Assembly (NCBI RefSeq): GCF_030144855.1
Contig: NC_082710.1
Location: 149,420,001 to 149,484,000, forward strand
Direction: 5' to 3'
Source of the DNA: Hypanus sabinus
Lineage: Eukaryota
DNA length: 64,000 nt
Positions 45,501-58,903 of the stretch are shown here, in pieces (the stretch's first letter is position 1; every line of letters starts with the position of its first letter). The position numbers were made by a program, and so were the translations under genes. Under the pieces are notes generated by a model, which was not told the DNA's origin, made no database searches, and saw only the letters and a list, made by a program, of their open reading frames with translations.

Positions 45501-48500
45501 GCCCTCTCTTTGAGAGACGACGTCCTATGTGATTCCATGAGGTATTGTGTTGACCGCAGAGCTTTTAGCCCAAAAAAGTCCTATCTTCAAAAATATTCCA
45601 AATTAATGTTATTTACAAAAACCATTAGTTGACACTCATGCACTGTCTGGTTGTCTGTCACCTCCACTGAGCGCAAACAGTGCATGACAGCGGCATTTCT
45701 TTGCTAAATCACCTGAAAATGCGCTAAAATACAGAATGAAGGCAAGGAGAGTACTTCCGAAGCAGGCAGGGCGCTATCAGTGGTCAGGAGGGCAAAGGTT
45801 ACCTGACTAGGCGACCTCAGCTTTTCTCGGCTTTTTCGCTGAAGTCAGGCGTTCTTCTTAGAGCGCAGCTATAACAAGTGTTCTTATTAGGACACAGAAA
45901 GAATGCGACGCAGGGCGACGATGGAAAGAAGGCGGTGAGAGCAGGGCTTCGACTTGCCGGGCTGGAATGCAGAACGCTGTATGATGGTGTCCGAGGTTAG
46001 AAAGCTTACCCAGGAGAACGTGTAATAAACGTACCCAGTGTCGCCCTCACATTGAGGAACCTCTTCCTACGTGGCTGTATCATGTTGTGTGTGGATTCCA
46101 GGTTCTTTTTCCCAAAAATACACTTTATTCAGAAATACCTCAAAATAAATTTATTTGCAAAACCCATTTGTTTCCTCTGATGCTCTGTCTGTTTGTGACC
46201 TGCAGTGAGGGCAAAGTGTGCTGTGCAGCGCCATTTTGTTTGGCTAAATCGCATTTAAGTACACTAACATAGTGAAATAAAGCAAAGATTGTTGCAAACT
46301 AATCTGGCAGGGAGCTTTCAATGATCAGGAGTGCATGGGGTCCTGGGCCAGTCGATCTTAGCCCTTCTCGGCATTTTGGCTGATATCAGGCGTTGTTATT
46401 AGAGCAGAGCTATAACAGGTGTTCTTATTAGGACACAGAGAGGAAGCGACGCAGAGCGGCGATGGAAGAAAGGATCGGTGAAAGAGGCGGGGAGAGCAGT
46501 GCTTCGACTTGAGGGACTGGAAAACACAGCGCTGTAAGGGTAGGTGTCCTAGATTAGAAAACGTTCCTTGGAGAACGGGTAATTAACGGGTAACCCAATG
46601 TAGACCTCACCTTGAGAGACCTCTTCCTTTGCGGATGCATCAGTTTTGGTGTGAATCGCAGGTTTTTCTAGCCACAAAATACACTTTATGCAGAAATATT
46701 TCAAAATAAAGTTAATTACAAACACCATTAGTAGAACCTGATGCTCTGTCTGGTTGTGTCCTCCAGTTAGCGCAAAGGGTGTTTTACAGCGGCGTTTTTT
46801 TTTTGCTAAATCGCCTTAAAATGCGCTAATGTATTGAATGAAATCAAAGGTTCGTGCGAAATGACCGGGCAGGGAGCAATCAGAGGTGAAGAGGGCAAAG
46901 GTTGGCGGACCATGTGATCTCAGCTCTTCACGGCCTATTGGCTGAGATCAGGCGTTCTTATCAGAGCGCAGCTATACCAAGTCTTCATTTAGGATTGAGA
47001 ACGAAAGCGACGCAGGGCGGTGATGGACGAGGATGGAGGACAGATCAGCAGGTCGGTGATGAAGGCCGAGGAGTGCAGCGCTACTACTTGCGGGCTGGGA
47101 ATACTGAACGCAGTCGGATTGGGCGACCGTCTTTAGCAGGTACCCTGGTCAACGGAGATGAGACGTCCCCAATATCGCCCTCTCCCTGAGAGACGACTTT
47201 CGATGTGATTCCATGAGGTTTTGTGTTGACCGCACAGCTTTTAGCCCAAAACAGTCCTATCTTCAAAAAATATTCCAAATTAATGAAATTTACAAAAACC
47301 ATTAGTTGACACTCATGCACTGTTTGGTTGTCTATCACCTCCACAGCGCAAACAGTGCATGACAGCGGCATTTTTTTGCTAAATCACTTTAAAATGCGTT
47401 GAAATACAGAATGAAGGCAAGGCGAGTACTTCCGAAGCAGGCAGGGCATCTAACAGTGGTAAGGAGGGCAAAGGTTCACGGACCAGGCGACCTCAGCTTT
47501 TCTCGGCCATTTGGCTGAGATCAGGCGTTCTTCTTAGAGCGCAGCTATAACAAGTGTTCTTATTAGGACACAGTACGAATTCGACGCAGGGCGGCGATGG
47601 AAAGAAGGATCGGTGAAGAAAGCGGTGAGAGCAGGGCTTCGACTTGCCGGGCTGGAATGCAGAACGCTGTATGATGGTGTCCGAGGTTAGAAAACGTACC
47701 CAGGAGAAAGTGTAATACACGTACCCAATGTCACCCTCACATTGAGAGACCTCTTCCAATGTGGCTGCATAATGTTGTATGTGTATCCCAGGTTCTTTTC
47801 GCCCAAAACTACACTTTATTCAGAGATACCTCAAAATAAATTTATTTACAAAAACCATTTGTTTACTCTGATGCTCCGTCTGCTTGTGACATCTAATGAG
47901 CGCACAGTATGCTGTGCAGCGGCATTTTGTTTGGCTAAATCGATTTCAAATACACTAACGTATTGAAATAAAGCAAAGATTGGTGCAAACTAATCTGGCA
48001 GGGAGCTGTCAATCATCAGGAGTGCATGGGGTCCTGGGCCAGTCGATCTTAGCCCTTCTCGACATTTTGGCTGAGATCAGGCGTTCTTATCAGAGCAGAG
48101 CTATGCCAAGTGTCCTTATTAGGACACAGAGAGGAAGCGAGCCAGAGCGGCGATGGAAGAAAGGATTGTTGAAAGAGGCGGGGAGTGCAGTGCTTCGACT
48201 TGTGGGACTGGAAACCAAAGCGCTGTAAGGGTAGGTGTCCTAGATTAGAAAACGTTCCTTGGAGAACGGGTAATTAACGGGTAACCCAATGTAGACCTCA
48301 CCTTGAGAGACCTCTTCCTTTGCGGATGCATCAGTTTTGGTGTGAATCGCAGGTTTTTCTAGCCACAAAATACACTTTATGCAGAAATATTTCAAAACAA
48401 AGTTAATGACAAACACCATTAGTAGACCCTGATGCTCTGTCTGGTTGTGTCCTCCAGTTATCGCAAAGGGTGTTTTACAGCGGCGTTTTTTTTTAGCTAA

Positions 48501-51080
48501 ATCGCCTTAAAATGCGCTAATGTATTGAATGAAATCAAAGGTTCTTGCAAAATGACCGGGCAGGGAGCAATCAGAGGTGAAGAGGGCAAAGGTTCGCGGA
48601 CCATGTGATCTCAGCTCTTCACAGCCTATTGGCTGAGATCAGGCGTTCTTATCAGAGCGCAGCTGCACCAAGTCTTCATTTAGGATTGAGAACGAAAGCG
48701 ACGCAGGGCGGTGATGGAAGACGATGGCGGGACAGATCAGCGGATCGGTGATAAAAGCTGAGGAGTGCAGCGCTACGACTTGCGGGGTGGGAATACAGAA
48801 CGCAGTCGGATTGAGCGTCCGACTTAAGCAGGTACTCTGGTCAACGGAGATAATACGTCCCCAATATCGCCCTCTCCCTGAGAGACGACTTTCTATGTGA
48901 TTCCATGAGGTTTTGTGTTGACCGCACAGCTTTTAGCCCAAAACAGTCCTATCTTCAAAAAATATTCCAAATTAATGAAATTTACAAAAACCATTAGTTG
49001 ACACTCATGCACTGTCTGGTTGTCTATCACCTCCACAGCGCAAACAGTGCATGACAGCGGCATTTTTTTGCTAAATCACCTGAAAATGCGCTAAAATACA
49101 GAATGAAGGCAAGGATAGTACTTCCGAAGCAGGCAGGGCATCTAACAGTGGTAAGGAGGGCAAAGGTTCACGGACCAGGCGACCTCAGCTTTTCTCGGCT
49201 TTTTCGCTGAAGTCAGGCGTTCTTCTTAGAGCGCAGCTATAACAAGTGTTCTTATTAGGACACAGAAAGAATGCGACGCAGGGCGACGATGGAAAGAAGG
49301 CGGTGAGAGCAGTGCTTCGACTTGCCGGGCTGGAATGCAGAACGCTGTATGATGGTGTCCGAGGTTAGAAAGCTTACCCAGGAGAACGTGTAATAAACGT
49401 ACCCAATTGTCGCCCTCACATTGAGGAACCTCTTCCTACGTGGCTGTATCATGTTGTGTGTGGATTCCAGGTTCTTTTTCCCAAAAATACACTTTATTCA
49501 GAAATACCTCAAAATAAATTTATTTACAAAAACCATTTGTTTACCCTGATGCTCTGTCTGCTTGTGACATCTAATGAGCGCAAAGTGTGCTGTGCAGCGC
49601 TATTTTGTTTGGCTAAATCGCATTAAATTCAGGAACGTATTGAAATAAAGCAAGGGTTGGTTCTAACTAATCTGGCCGGGAGCTGTCAATCATCAGGAGT
49701 GCATGGGGTCCTGGGCCAGTCGATCTTAGCCCTTCTCGGCATTTTGGCTGATATCAGGCGTTCTTATTAGAGCGCAGCTATAACAGGTGTTGTTATTAGG
49801 ACACAGAGAGGAAGCGACGCAGAGCGGAGATGGAAGAAAGGATCGGTGAAAGAGGCGGGGAGAGCAGTGCTTCGACTTGAGGGACTGGAAAACACAGCGC
49901 TGTAAGGGTAGGTGTCCTAGATTAGAAAACGTTCCTTGGAGAACGGGTAATTAACGGGTAACCCAATGTAGACCTCACCTTGAGAGACCTCTTCCTTTGC
50001 GGATGCATCAGTTTTGGTGTGAATCGCAGGTTTTTCTAGCCACAAAATTCACTGTATGCAGAAATATTTCAAAATAAAGTTAATTACAAAGACCATTAGT
50101 AGACCCTGATGCTCTGTCTGGTTGTGTCCTCCAGTTAGCGCAAAGGGTGTTTTACAGCGGCGTTTTTTTTTTGCTAAATCGCCTTAAAATGCGCTAATGT
50201 ATTGAATGAAATCAAAGGTTCGTGCGAAATGACCGGGCAGGGAGCAATCAGAGGTGAAGAGGGCAAAGGTTCGCGGACCATGTGATCTCAGCTCTTCACA
50301 GCCTATTGGCTGAGATCAGGCGTTCTTATCAGAGCGCAGCTACACCAAGTCTTCATTTAGGATTGAGAACGAAAGCGACGCAGGGCGGTGATGGATGAGG
50401 ATGGAGGACAGATCAGCAGATCGGTGATGAAGGCCGAGGAGTGCAGCGCTACTACTTGCGGGCTGGGAATACTGAACGCAGTCGGATTGGGCGACCGTCT
50501 TTAGCAGGTACTCTGGTCAACGGAGATAATACGTCCCCAATGTCGCCCTCTCTCTGAGAGACGACTTCCTATGTGATTCCATGAGGTATTGTGTTGACCG
50601 CAGAGCTTTTAGCCCAAAAAAGTCCTATCTTCAAAAATATTCCAAATTAATGTTATTTACAAAAACCATTAGTTGACACTCATGCACTGTCCGGTTGTCT
50701 GTCACCTCCACTGAGCGCAAACAGTGCATGACAGCGGCATTTTTTTACTAAATCACCTGAAAATGCGCTAAAATACAGAATGAAGGCAAGGAGAGTACTT
50801 CCGAAGCAGGCAGGGCGCTATCAGTGGTCAGGAGGGCAAAGGTTACCTGACCAGGCGACCTCAGCTTTTCTCGGCTTTTTCGCTGAAGTCAGGCGTTCTT
50901 CTTAGAGCGCAGCTATAACAAGTGTTCTTATTAGGACACAGAAAGAATGCGACGCAGGGCGACGATGGAAAGAAGGCGGTGAGAGCAGTGCTTCGACTCG
51001 CCGTGCTGGAATGCAGAACGCTGTATGATGGTGTCCGAGGTTAGAAAGCTTACCCAGGAGAACGTGTAATAATCGTACCC

Positions 51081-54000
51081 AATGTCGCCCTCAGATTGAG
51101 GAACCTCTTCCTACGTGGCTGTATCATGTTGTGTGTGGATTCCAGGTTCGTTTTCCCGAAAATACACTTTATTCAGAAATACTTCAAAATAAATTGATTT
51201 GCAAAACCCATTTGTTTCCTCTGATGCTCTGTCTGTTTGTGACCTGCAGTGAGGGCAAAGTGTGCTGTGCAGCGCCATTTTGTTTGGCTAAATCGCATTA
51301 AAATGCAGGAACGTATTGAAATAAAGCAAGGGTTGGTTCTAACTAATCTGGCCGGGAGCTGCCAATCATCAGGAGTGCATGGGTTTCTGGGCCAGTCGAT
51401 CGCAGACCTTCTCGGCAATTTGGCTGAGATCAGGCGTTCTTATTAGAGCAGAGCTATGCCAAGTGTTCTTATTAGGACACAGAGAGGAAGCGACGCAGAG
51501 CGCCGATGGAAAAAAGGATCGGTGAAAGAGGCGGGGAGAGCAGTGCTTCGATTTGAGGGACTGGAAACCAAAACGCTGTAAGGGTAGGTGTCCTAGATTA
51601 CAAAACGTTCCTTGGACAACGGGTAATTAACGTACCCAGTGTCGCCCTCACATTGAGAAACCTCTTCCCACGTGGCTGTATCATGTGTGTGGATCCCAGG
51701 TTCTTTTAGCTCAAAAATACACTTTATTCAGAAATACCTCAAAATAAATTTATTTACAAAAACCATTTGTTTACCCTGATGCTCTGTCTGCTTGTGACAT
51801 CTAATGAGCGCAAAGTGTGCTGTGCAGCGGCATTTTGTTTGGCTAAATCGCATTTAAGTGCACTAACGTAGTGAAATAAAGCAAAGATTGTTGCAAACTA
51901 ATCTGGCAGGGAGCTTTCAATGATCAGGAGTGCATGGGGTCCTGGGCCAGTCGATCTTAGCCCTTCTCGGCATTTTGGCTGATATCAGGCGTTGTTATTA
52001 GAGCAGAGCTATAACAGGTGTTCTTATTAGGACACAGAGAGGAAGCGACGCAGAGCGGCGATGGAAGAAAGGATCGGTGAAAGAGGCGGGGAGAGCAGTG
52101 CTTCGACTTGAGGGACTGGAAACCACAGCGCTGTAAGGGTAGGTGTCCTAGATTAGAAAACGTTCCTTGGAGAACGGGTAATTAACGGGTAACCCAATGT
52201 AGACCTCACCTTGAGAGACCTCTTCCTTTGCGGATGCATCAGTTTTGGTGTGAATCGCAGGTTTTTCTAGCCACAAAATACACTTTATGCAGAAATATTT
52301 CAAAATAAAGTTAATTACAAACACCATTAGTAGAACCTGATGCTCTGTCTGGTTGTGTCCTCCAGTTAGCGCAAAGGGTGTTTTACAGCGGCGTTTTTTT
52401 TTTGCTAAATCGCCTTAAAATGCGCTAATGTATTGAATGAAATCAAAGGTTCGTGCGAAATGACCGGGCAGGGAGCAATCAGAGGTGAAGAGGGCAAAGG
52501 TTCGCGGACCATGTGATCTCAGCTCTTCACGGCCTATTGGCTGAGATCAGGCGTTCTTATCAGAGCGCAGCTATACCAAGTCTTCATTTAGGATTGAGAA
52601 CGAAAGCGACGCAGGGCGGTGATGGACGAGGATGGAGGACAGATCAGCAGGTCGGTGATGAAGGCCGAGGAGTGCAGCGCTACTACTTGCGGGCTGGGAA
52701 TACTGAACGCAGTCGGATTGGGCGACCGTCTTTAGCAGGTACCCTGGTCAACGGAGATGAGACGTCCCCAATATCGCCCTCTCCCTGAGAGACGACTTTC
52801 GATGTGATTCCATGAGGTTTTGTGTTGACCGCACAGCTTTTAGCCCAAAACAGTCCTATCTTCAAAAAATATTCCAAATTAATGAAATTTACAAAAACCA
52901 TTAGTTGACACTCATGCACTGTCTGGTTGTCTATCACCTCCACAGCGCAAACAGTGCATGACAGCGGCATTTTTTTGCTAAATCACTTTAAAATGCGCTG
53001 AAATACAGAATGAAGGCAAGGCGAGTACTTCCGAAGCAGGCAGGGCATCTAACAGTGGTAAGGAGGGCAAAGGTTCACGGACCAGGCGACCTCAGCTTTT
53101 CTCGGCCATTTGGCTGAGATCAGGCGTTCTTCTTAGAGCGCAGCTATAACAAGTGTTCTTATTAGGACACAGTACGGCGGCGATGGAAAGAAGGATCGGT
53201 GAAGAAAGCGGTGAGAGCAGGGCTTCGACTTGCCGGGCTGGAATGCAGAACGCTGTATGATGGTGTCCGAGGTTAGAAAACGTACCCAGGAGAAAGTGTA
53301 ATACACGTACCCAATGTCACCCTCACATTGAGAGACCTCTTCCAATGTGGCTGCATAATGTTGTATGTGTATCCCAGGTTCTTTTCGCCCAAAACTACAC
53401 TTTATTCAGAGATACCTCAAAATAAATTTATTTACAAAAACGATTTGTTTACTCTGATGCTCCGTCTGCTTGTGGCATCTAATGAGCGCACAGTATGCTG
53501 TGCAGCGGCATTTTGTTTGGCTAAATCGATTTCAAATACACTAACGTATTGAAATAAAGCAAAGATTGGTGCAAACTAATCTGGCAGGGAGCTGTCAATC
53601 ATCAGGAGTGCATGGGGTCCTGGGCCAGTCGATCTTAGCCCTTCTCGACATTTTGGCTGAGATCAGGCGTTCTTATTAGAGCAGAGCTATGCCAAGTGTC
53701 CTTATTAGGACACAGAGAGGAAGCGAGCCAGAGCGGCGATGGAAGAAAGGATCGTTGAAAGAGGCGGGGAGTGCAGTGCTTCGACTTGTGGGACTGGAAA
53801 CCAAAGCGCTGTAAGGGTAGGTGTCCTAGATTAGAAAACGTTCCTTGGAGAACGGGTAATTAAGGTACCCAATGTCGCCCTCACACTGGGAGACCACTTC
53901 CTTTGCGGATGCATCAGTTTTGGTGTGAATCGCAGGTTTTTCTAGCCAAAAAATACACTTTATGCAGAAATATTTCAAAATAAAGTTAATTACAAAGACC

Positions 54001-57000
54001 ATTAGTAGACCCTGATGCTCTGTCTGGTTGTGTCCTCCAGTTAGCGCAAAGGGTGTTTTACAGCGGCGTTTTTTTTTAGCTAAATCGCTTTAAAATGCGC
54101 TAATGTATTGAATGAAATCAAAGGTTCTTGCAAAATGACCGGGCAGGGAGCAATCAGAGGTGAAGAGGGCAAAGGTTCGCGGACCATGTGATCTCAGCTC
54201 TTCACAGCCTATTGGCTGAGATCAGGCGTTCTTATCAGAGCGCAGCTACACCAAGTCTTCATTATAATTGAGAACGAAAGCGACGCAGGGCGGTGATGGA
54301 AGACGATGGCGGGACAGATCAGCGGATCGGTGATAAAAGCTGAGGAGTGCAGCGCTACGACTTGCGGGGTGGGAATACAGAACGCAGTCGGATTGAGCGT
54401 CCGACTTAAGCAGGTACTCTGGTCAACGGAGATAATACGTCCCCAATGTCGCCCTCTCTCTGAGAGACGACTTCCTATGTGATTCCATGAGGTATTGTGT
54501 TGACCGCAGAGCTTTTAGCCCAAAAAAGTCCTAGCTTCAAAAATATTCCAAATTAATGTTATTTACAAAAACCATTAGTTGACACTCATGCACTGTCCGG
54601 TTGTCTGTCACCTCCACTGAGCGCAAACAGTGCATGACAGCGGCATTTCTTTGCTAAATCACCTGAAAATGCGCTGAAATACAGAATGAAGGCAAGGCGA
54701 ACACTTCCGAAGCAGGCAGGGCAACTAACAGTGGTAAGGAGGGCAAAGGTTCACGGACCAGGCGACCTCAGCTTTTCTCGGCTTTTTCGCTGAAGTCAGG
54801 CGTTCTTCTTAGAGCGCAGCTATAACAAGTGTTCTTATTAGGACACAGAAAGAATGCGTCGCAGGGCGACGATGGAAAGAAGGCGGTGAGAGCAGGGCTT
54901 CGACTTGCCGGGCTGGAATGCAGAACGCTGTATGATGGTGTCCGAGGTTAGAAAGCTTACCCAGGAGAACGTGTAATAAACGTACCCAATGTCGCCCTCA
55001 CATTGAGGAACCTCTTCCTACGTGGCTGTATCATGTTGTGTGTGGATTCCAGGTTCGTTTTCCCGAAAATACACTTTATTCAGAAATACCTCAAAATAAA
55101 TTTATTTGCAAAACCCATTTGTTTCCTCTGATGCTCTGTCTGTTTGTGACCTGCAGTGAGGGCAAAGTGTGCTGTGCAGCGCCATTTTGTTTGGCTAAAT
55201 CGCATTAAAATGCAGGAACGTATTGAAATAAAGCAAGGGTTGGTTCTAACTAATCTGACCGGGAGCTGCCAATCATCAGGAGTGCATGGGTTTCTGGGCC
55301 AGTCGATCGCAGACCTCGGCAATTTGGCTGAGATCAGGCGTTCTTATTAGAGCAGAGCTATGCCAAGTGTTCTTATTAGGACACAGAGAGGAAGCGACGC
55401 AGAGCGCCGATGGAAAAAAGGATCGGTGAAAGAGGCGGGGAGAGCAGTGCTTCGATTTGAGGGACTGGAAACCAAAACGCTGTAAGGGTAGGTGTCCTAG
55501 ATTACAAAACGTTCCTTGGACAACGGGTAATTAACGTACCCAGTGTCGCCCTCACATTGAGAAACCTCTTCCCACGTGGCTGTATCATGTGTGTGGATCC
55601 CAGGTTCTTTTAGCTCAAAAATACACTTTATTCAGAAATACCTCAAAATAAATTTATTTACAAAAACCATTTGTTTACCCTGATGCTCTGTCTGCTTGTG
55701 ACATCTAATGAGCGCAAAGTGTGCTGTGCAGCGGCATTTTGTTTGGCTAAATCGCATTTAAGTACACTAACATAGTGAAATAAAGCAAAGATTGTTGCAA
55801 ACTAATCTGGCAGGGAGCTGTCAATCATCAGGAGTGCATGGGGTCCTGGGCCAGTCGATCTTAGCACTTCTCGGCATTTTGGCTGATATCAGGCGTTGTT
55901 ATTAGAGCAGAGCTATAACAGGTGTTCTTATTAGGACACAGAGAGGAAGCGACGCAGAGCGGCGATGGAAGAAAGGATCGGTGAAAGAGGCGGGGAGAGC
56001 AGTGCTTCGACTTGAGGGACTGGAAAACACAGCGCTGTAAGGGTAGGTGTCCTAGATTAGAAAACGTTCCTTGGAGAACGGGTAATTAACGGGTAACCCA
56101 ATGTAGACCTCACCTTGAGAGACCTCTTCCTTTGCGGATGCATCAGTTTTGGTGTGAATCGCAGGTTTTTCTAGCCACAAAATACACTTTATGCAGAAAT
56201 ATTTCAAAATAAAGTTAATTACAAAGACCATTAGTAGACCCTGATGCTCTGTCTGGTTGTGTCCTCCAGTTAGCGCAAAGGGTGTTTTACAGCGGCGTTT
56301 TTTTTTGCTAAATTGCCTTAAAATGCGCTAATGTATTGAATGAAATCAAAGGTTCTTGCAAAATGACCGGGCAGGGAGCAATCAGAGGTGAAGAGGGCAA
56401 AGGTTGGCGGACCATGTGATCTCAGCTCTTCACAGCCTATTGGCTGAGATCAGGCGTTCTTATCAGAGCGCAGCTACACCAAGTCTTCATTATAATTGAG
56501 AACGAAAGCGACGCAGGGCGGTGATGGAAGACGATGGCAGGACAGATCAGCGGATCGGTGATAAAAGCTGAGGAGTGCAGCGCTACGACTTGCGGGGTGG
56601 GAATACAGAACGCAGTCGGATTGAGCGTCCGACTTAAGCAGGTACTCTGGTCAACGGAGATAATACGTCCCCAATGTCGCCCTCTCTCTGAGAGACGACT
56701 TCCTATGTGATTCCATGAGGTATTGTGTTGACCGCACAGCTTTTAGCCCAAAAAAGTCCTAGCTTCAAAAATATTCCAAATTAATGTTATTTACAAAAAC
56801 CATTAATTGACACTCATGCACTGTCTGGTTGTCTATCACCTCCACAGCGCAAACAGTGCATGACAGCGGCATTTTTTTGCTAAATCACTTTAAAATGCGC
56901 TGAAATACAGAATGAAGGCAAGGCGAACACTTCCGAAGCAGGCAGGGCATCTAACAGTGGTAAGGAGGGCAAAGGTTCACGGACCAGGCGACCTCAGCTT

Positions 57001-58903
57001 TTCTCGGCCATTTGGCTGAGATCAGGCGTTCTTCTTAGAGCGCAGCTATAACAAGTGTTCTTATTAGGACACAGTACGAATGCGACGCAGGGCGGCGATG
57101 GAAAGAAGGATCGGTGAAGAAAGCGGTGAGAGCAGGGCTTCGACTTGCCGGGCTGGAATGCAGAACGCTGTATGATGGTGTCCGAGGTTAGAAAACGTAC
57201 CCAGGAGAAAGTGTAATACACGTACCCAATGTCACCCTCACATTGAGAGACCTCTTCCAATGTGGCTGCATAATGTTGTATGTGTATCCCAGGTTCTTTT
57301 CGCCCAAAACGACACTTTATTCAGAAATACCTCAAAATAAATTTATTTACAAAAACCATTTGTTTACTCTGATGCTCTGTCTGCTTGTGACATCTAATGA
57401 CCGCAAAGTGTGCTGTGCAGCGGCATTTTGTTTGGCTAAATCGCATTTAAGTACACTAACGTAGTGAAATAAAGCAAAGGTTGGTGCAAACTAATCTGGC
57501 AGGGAGCTGTCAATCATCAGGAGTGCATGGGGTCCTGGGCCAGTCGATCTTAGCCCTTCTCGACATTTTGGCTGATATCAGGCGTTCTTATTAGAGCGCA
57601 GCTATAACAGGTGTTCTTATTAGGACACAGAGAGGAAGCGACGCAGAGCGGCGATGGAAGAAAGGATCGGTGAAAGAGGCGGGGAGAGCAGTGCTTCGAC
57701 TTGAGGGACTGGAAAACACAGCGCTGTAAGGGTAGGTGTCCGAGATTAGAAAACGTTCCTTGGAGAACGGGTAATTAAGGTACCCAATGTCGCCCTCACA
57801 CTGGGAGACCACTTCCTTTGCGGATGCATCAGTTTTGGTGTGAATCGCAGGTTTTTCTAGCCACAAAATACACTTTATGCAGAAATATTTCAAAATAAAG
57901 TTAATTACAAAGACCATTAGTAGACCCTGATGCTCTGTCTGGTTGTGTCCTCCAGTTAGCGCAAAGGGTGTTTTACAGCGGCGTTTTTTTTTTTGCTAAA
58001 TCGCCTTAAAATGCGCTAATGTATTGAATGAAATCAAAGGTTCGTGCGAAATGACCGGGCAGGGAGCAATCAGAGGTGAAGAGGGCAAAGGTTCGCGGAC
58101 CATGTGATCTCAGCTCTTCACAGCCTATTGGCTGAGATCAGGCGTTCTTATCAGAGCGCAGCTACACCAAGTCTTCATTTAGGATTGAGAACGAAAGCGA
58201 CGCAGGGCGGTGATGGAAGACGATGGCGGGACAGATCAGCGGATCGGTGATAAAGGCTGAGGAGTGCAGCGCTACGACTTGCGGGGTGGGAATACAGAAC
58301 GCAGTCGGATTGAGCGTCCGACTTAAGCAGGTACTCTGGTCAACGGAGAGAATACGTCCCCAATGTCGCCCTCTCCCTGAGCGACGACTTCTTATGTGAT
58401 TCCATGAGGTTTTGTGTTGACCGCCGAGCTTTTAGACCAAAAAAGTCCGACCTTCAAAAATATTCCAAATTAATGTTATTTACAAAAACCATTAGTTGAC
58501 ACTCATGCACTGTCTGGTTGTCTGTCACCTCCACTGAGCGCAAACAGTGCATGACAGCGGCATTTCTTTGCTAAATCACCTGAAAATGCGCTAAAATACA
58601 GAATGAAGGCAAGGATAGTACTTCCGAAGCAGGCAGGGCATCTAACAGTGGTAAGGGGGGCAAAGGTTCACGGACCAGCGACCTCAGCTTTTCTCGGCTT
58701 TTTCGCTGAAGTCAGGCGTTCTTCTTAGAGCGCAGCTATAACAAGTGTTCTTATTAGGACACAGAATGAATGCGACGCAGGGCGACGATGGAAAGAAGGC
58801 GGTGAGAGCAGTGCTTCGACTTGCCGGGCCGGAATGCAGAACGCTGTATGATGGTGTCCGAGGTTAGAAAGCTTACCCAGGAGAACGTGTAATAAACGTA
58901 CCC
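51081..58903 (+). repeat. 7-mer higher-order repeat, about 3.9 kb, 2 copies
   Basis: Same subtype order twice. Offsets are 3903-3917 bp (51081/54988/58904, 51638/55542, 52196/56100, 53871/57786). Confidence 0.8.

Noticed and set aside
47046-47120. Patchy resemblance to the 5S rRNA 3' half (agcaggtcgg, tacttg, ctgggaatac...gc.gt.gg)
   Set aside because: The blocks need several indels and the best match is confined to one minor subtype; the family consensus does not show it. A cmscan with the 5S model on the consensus would settle it.
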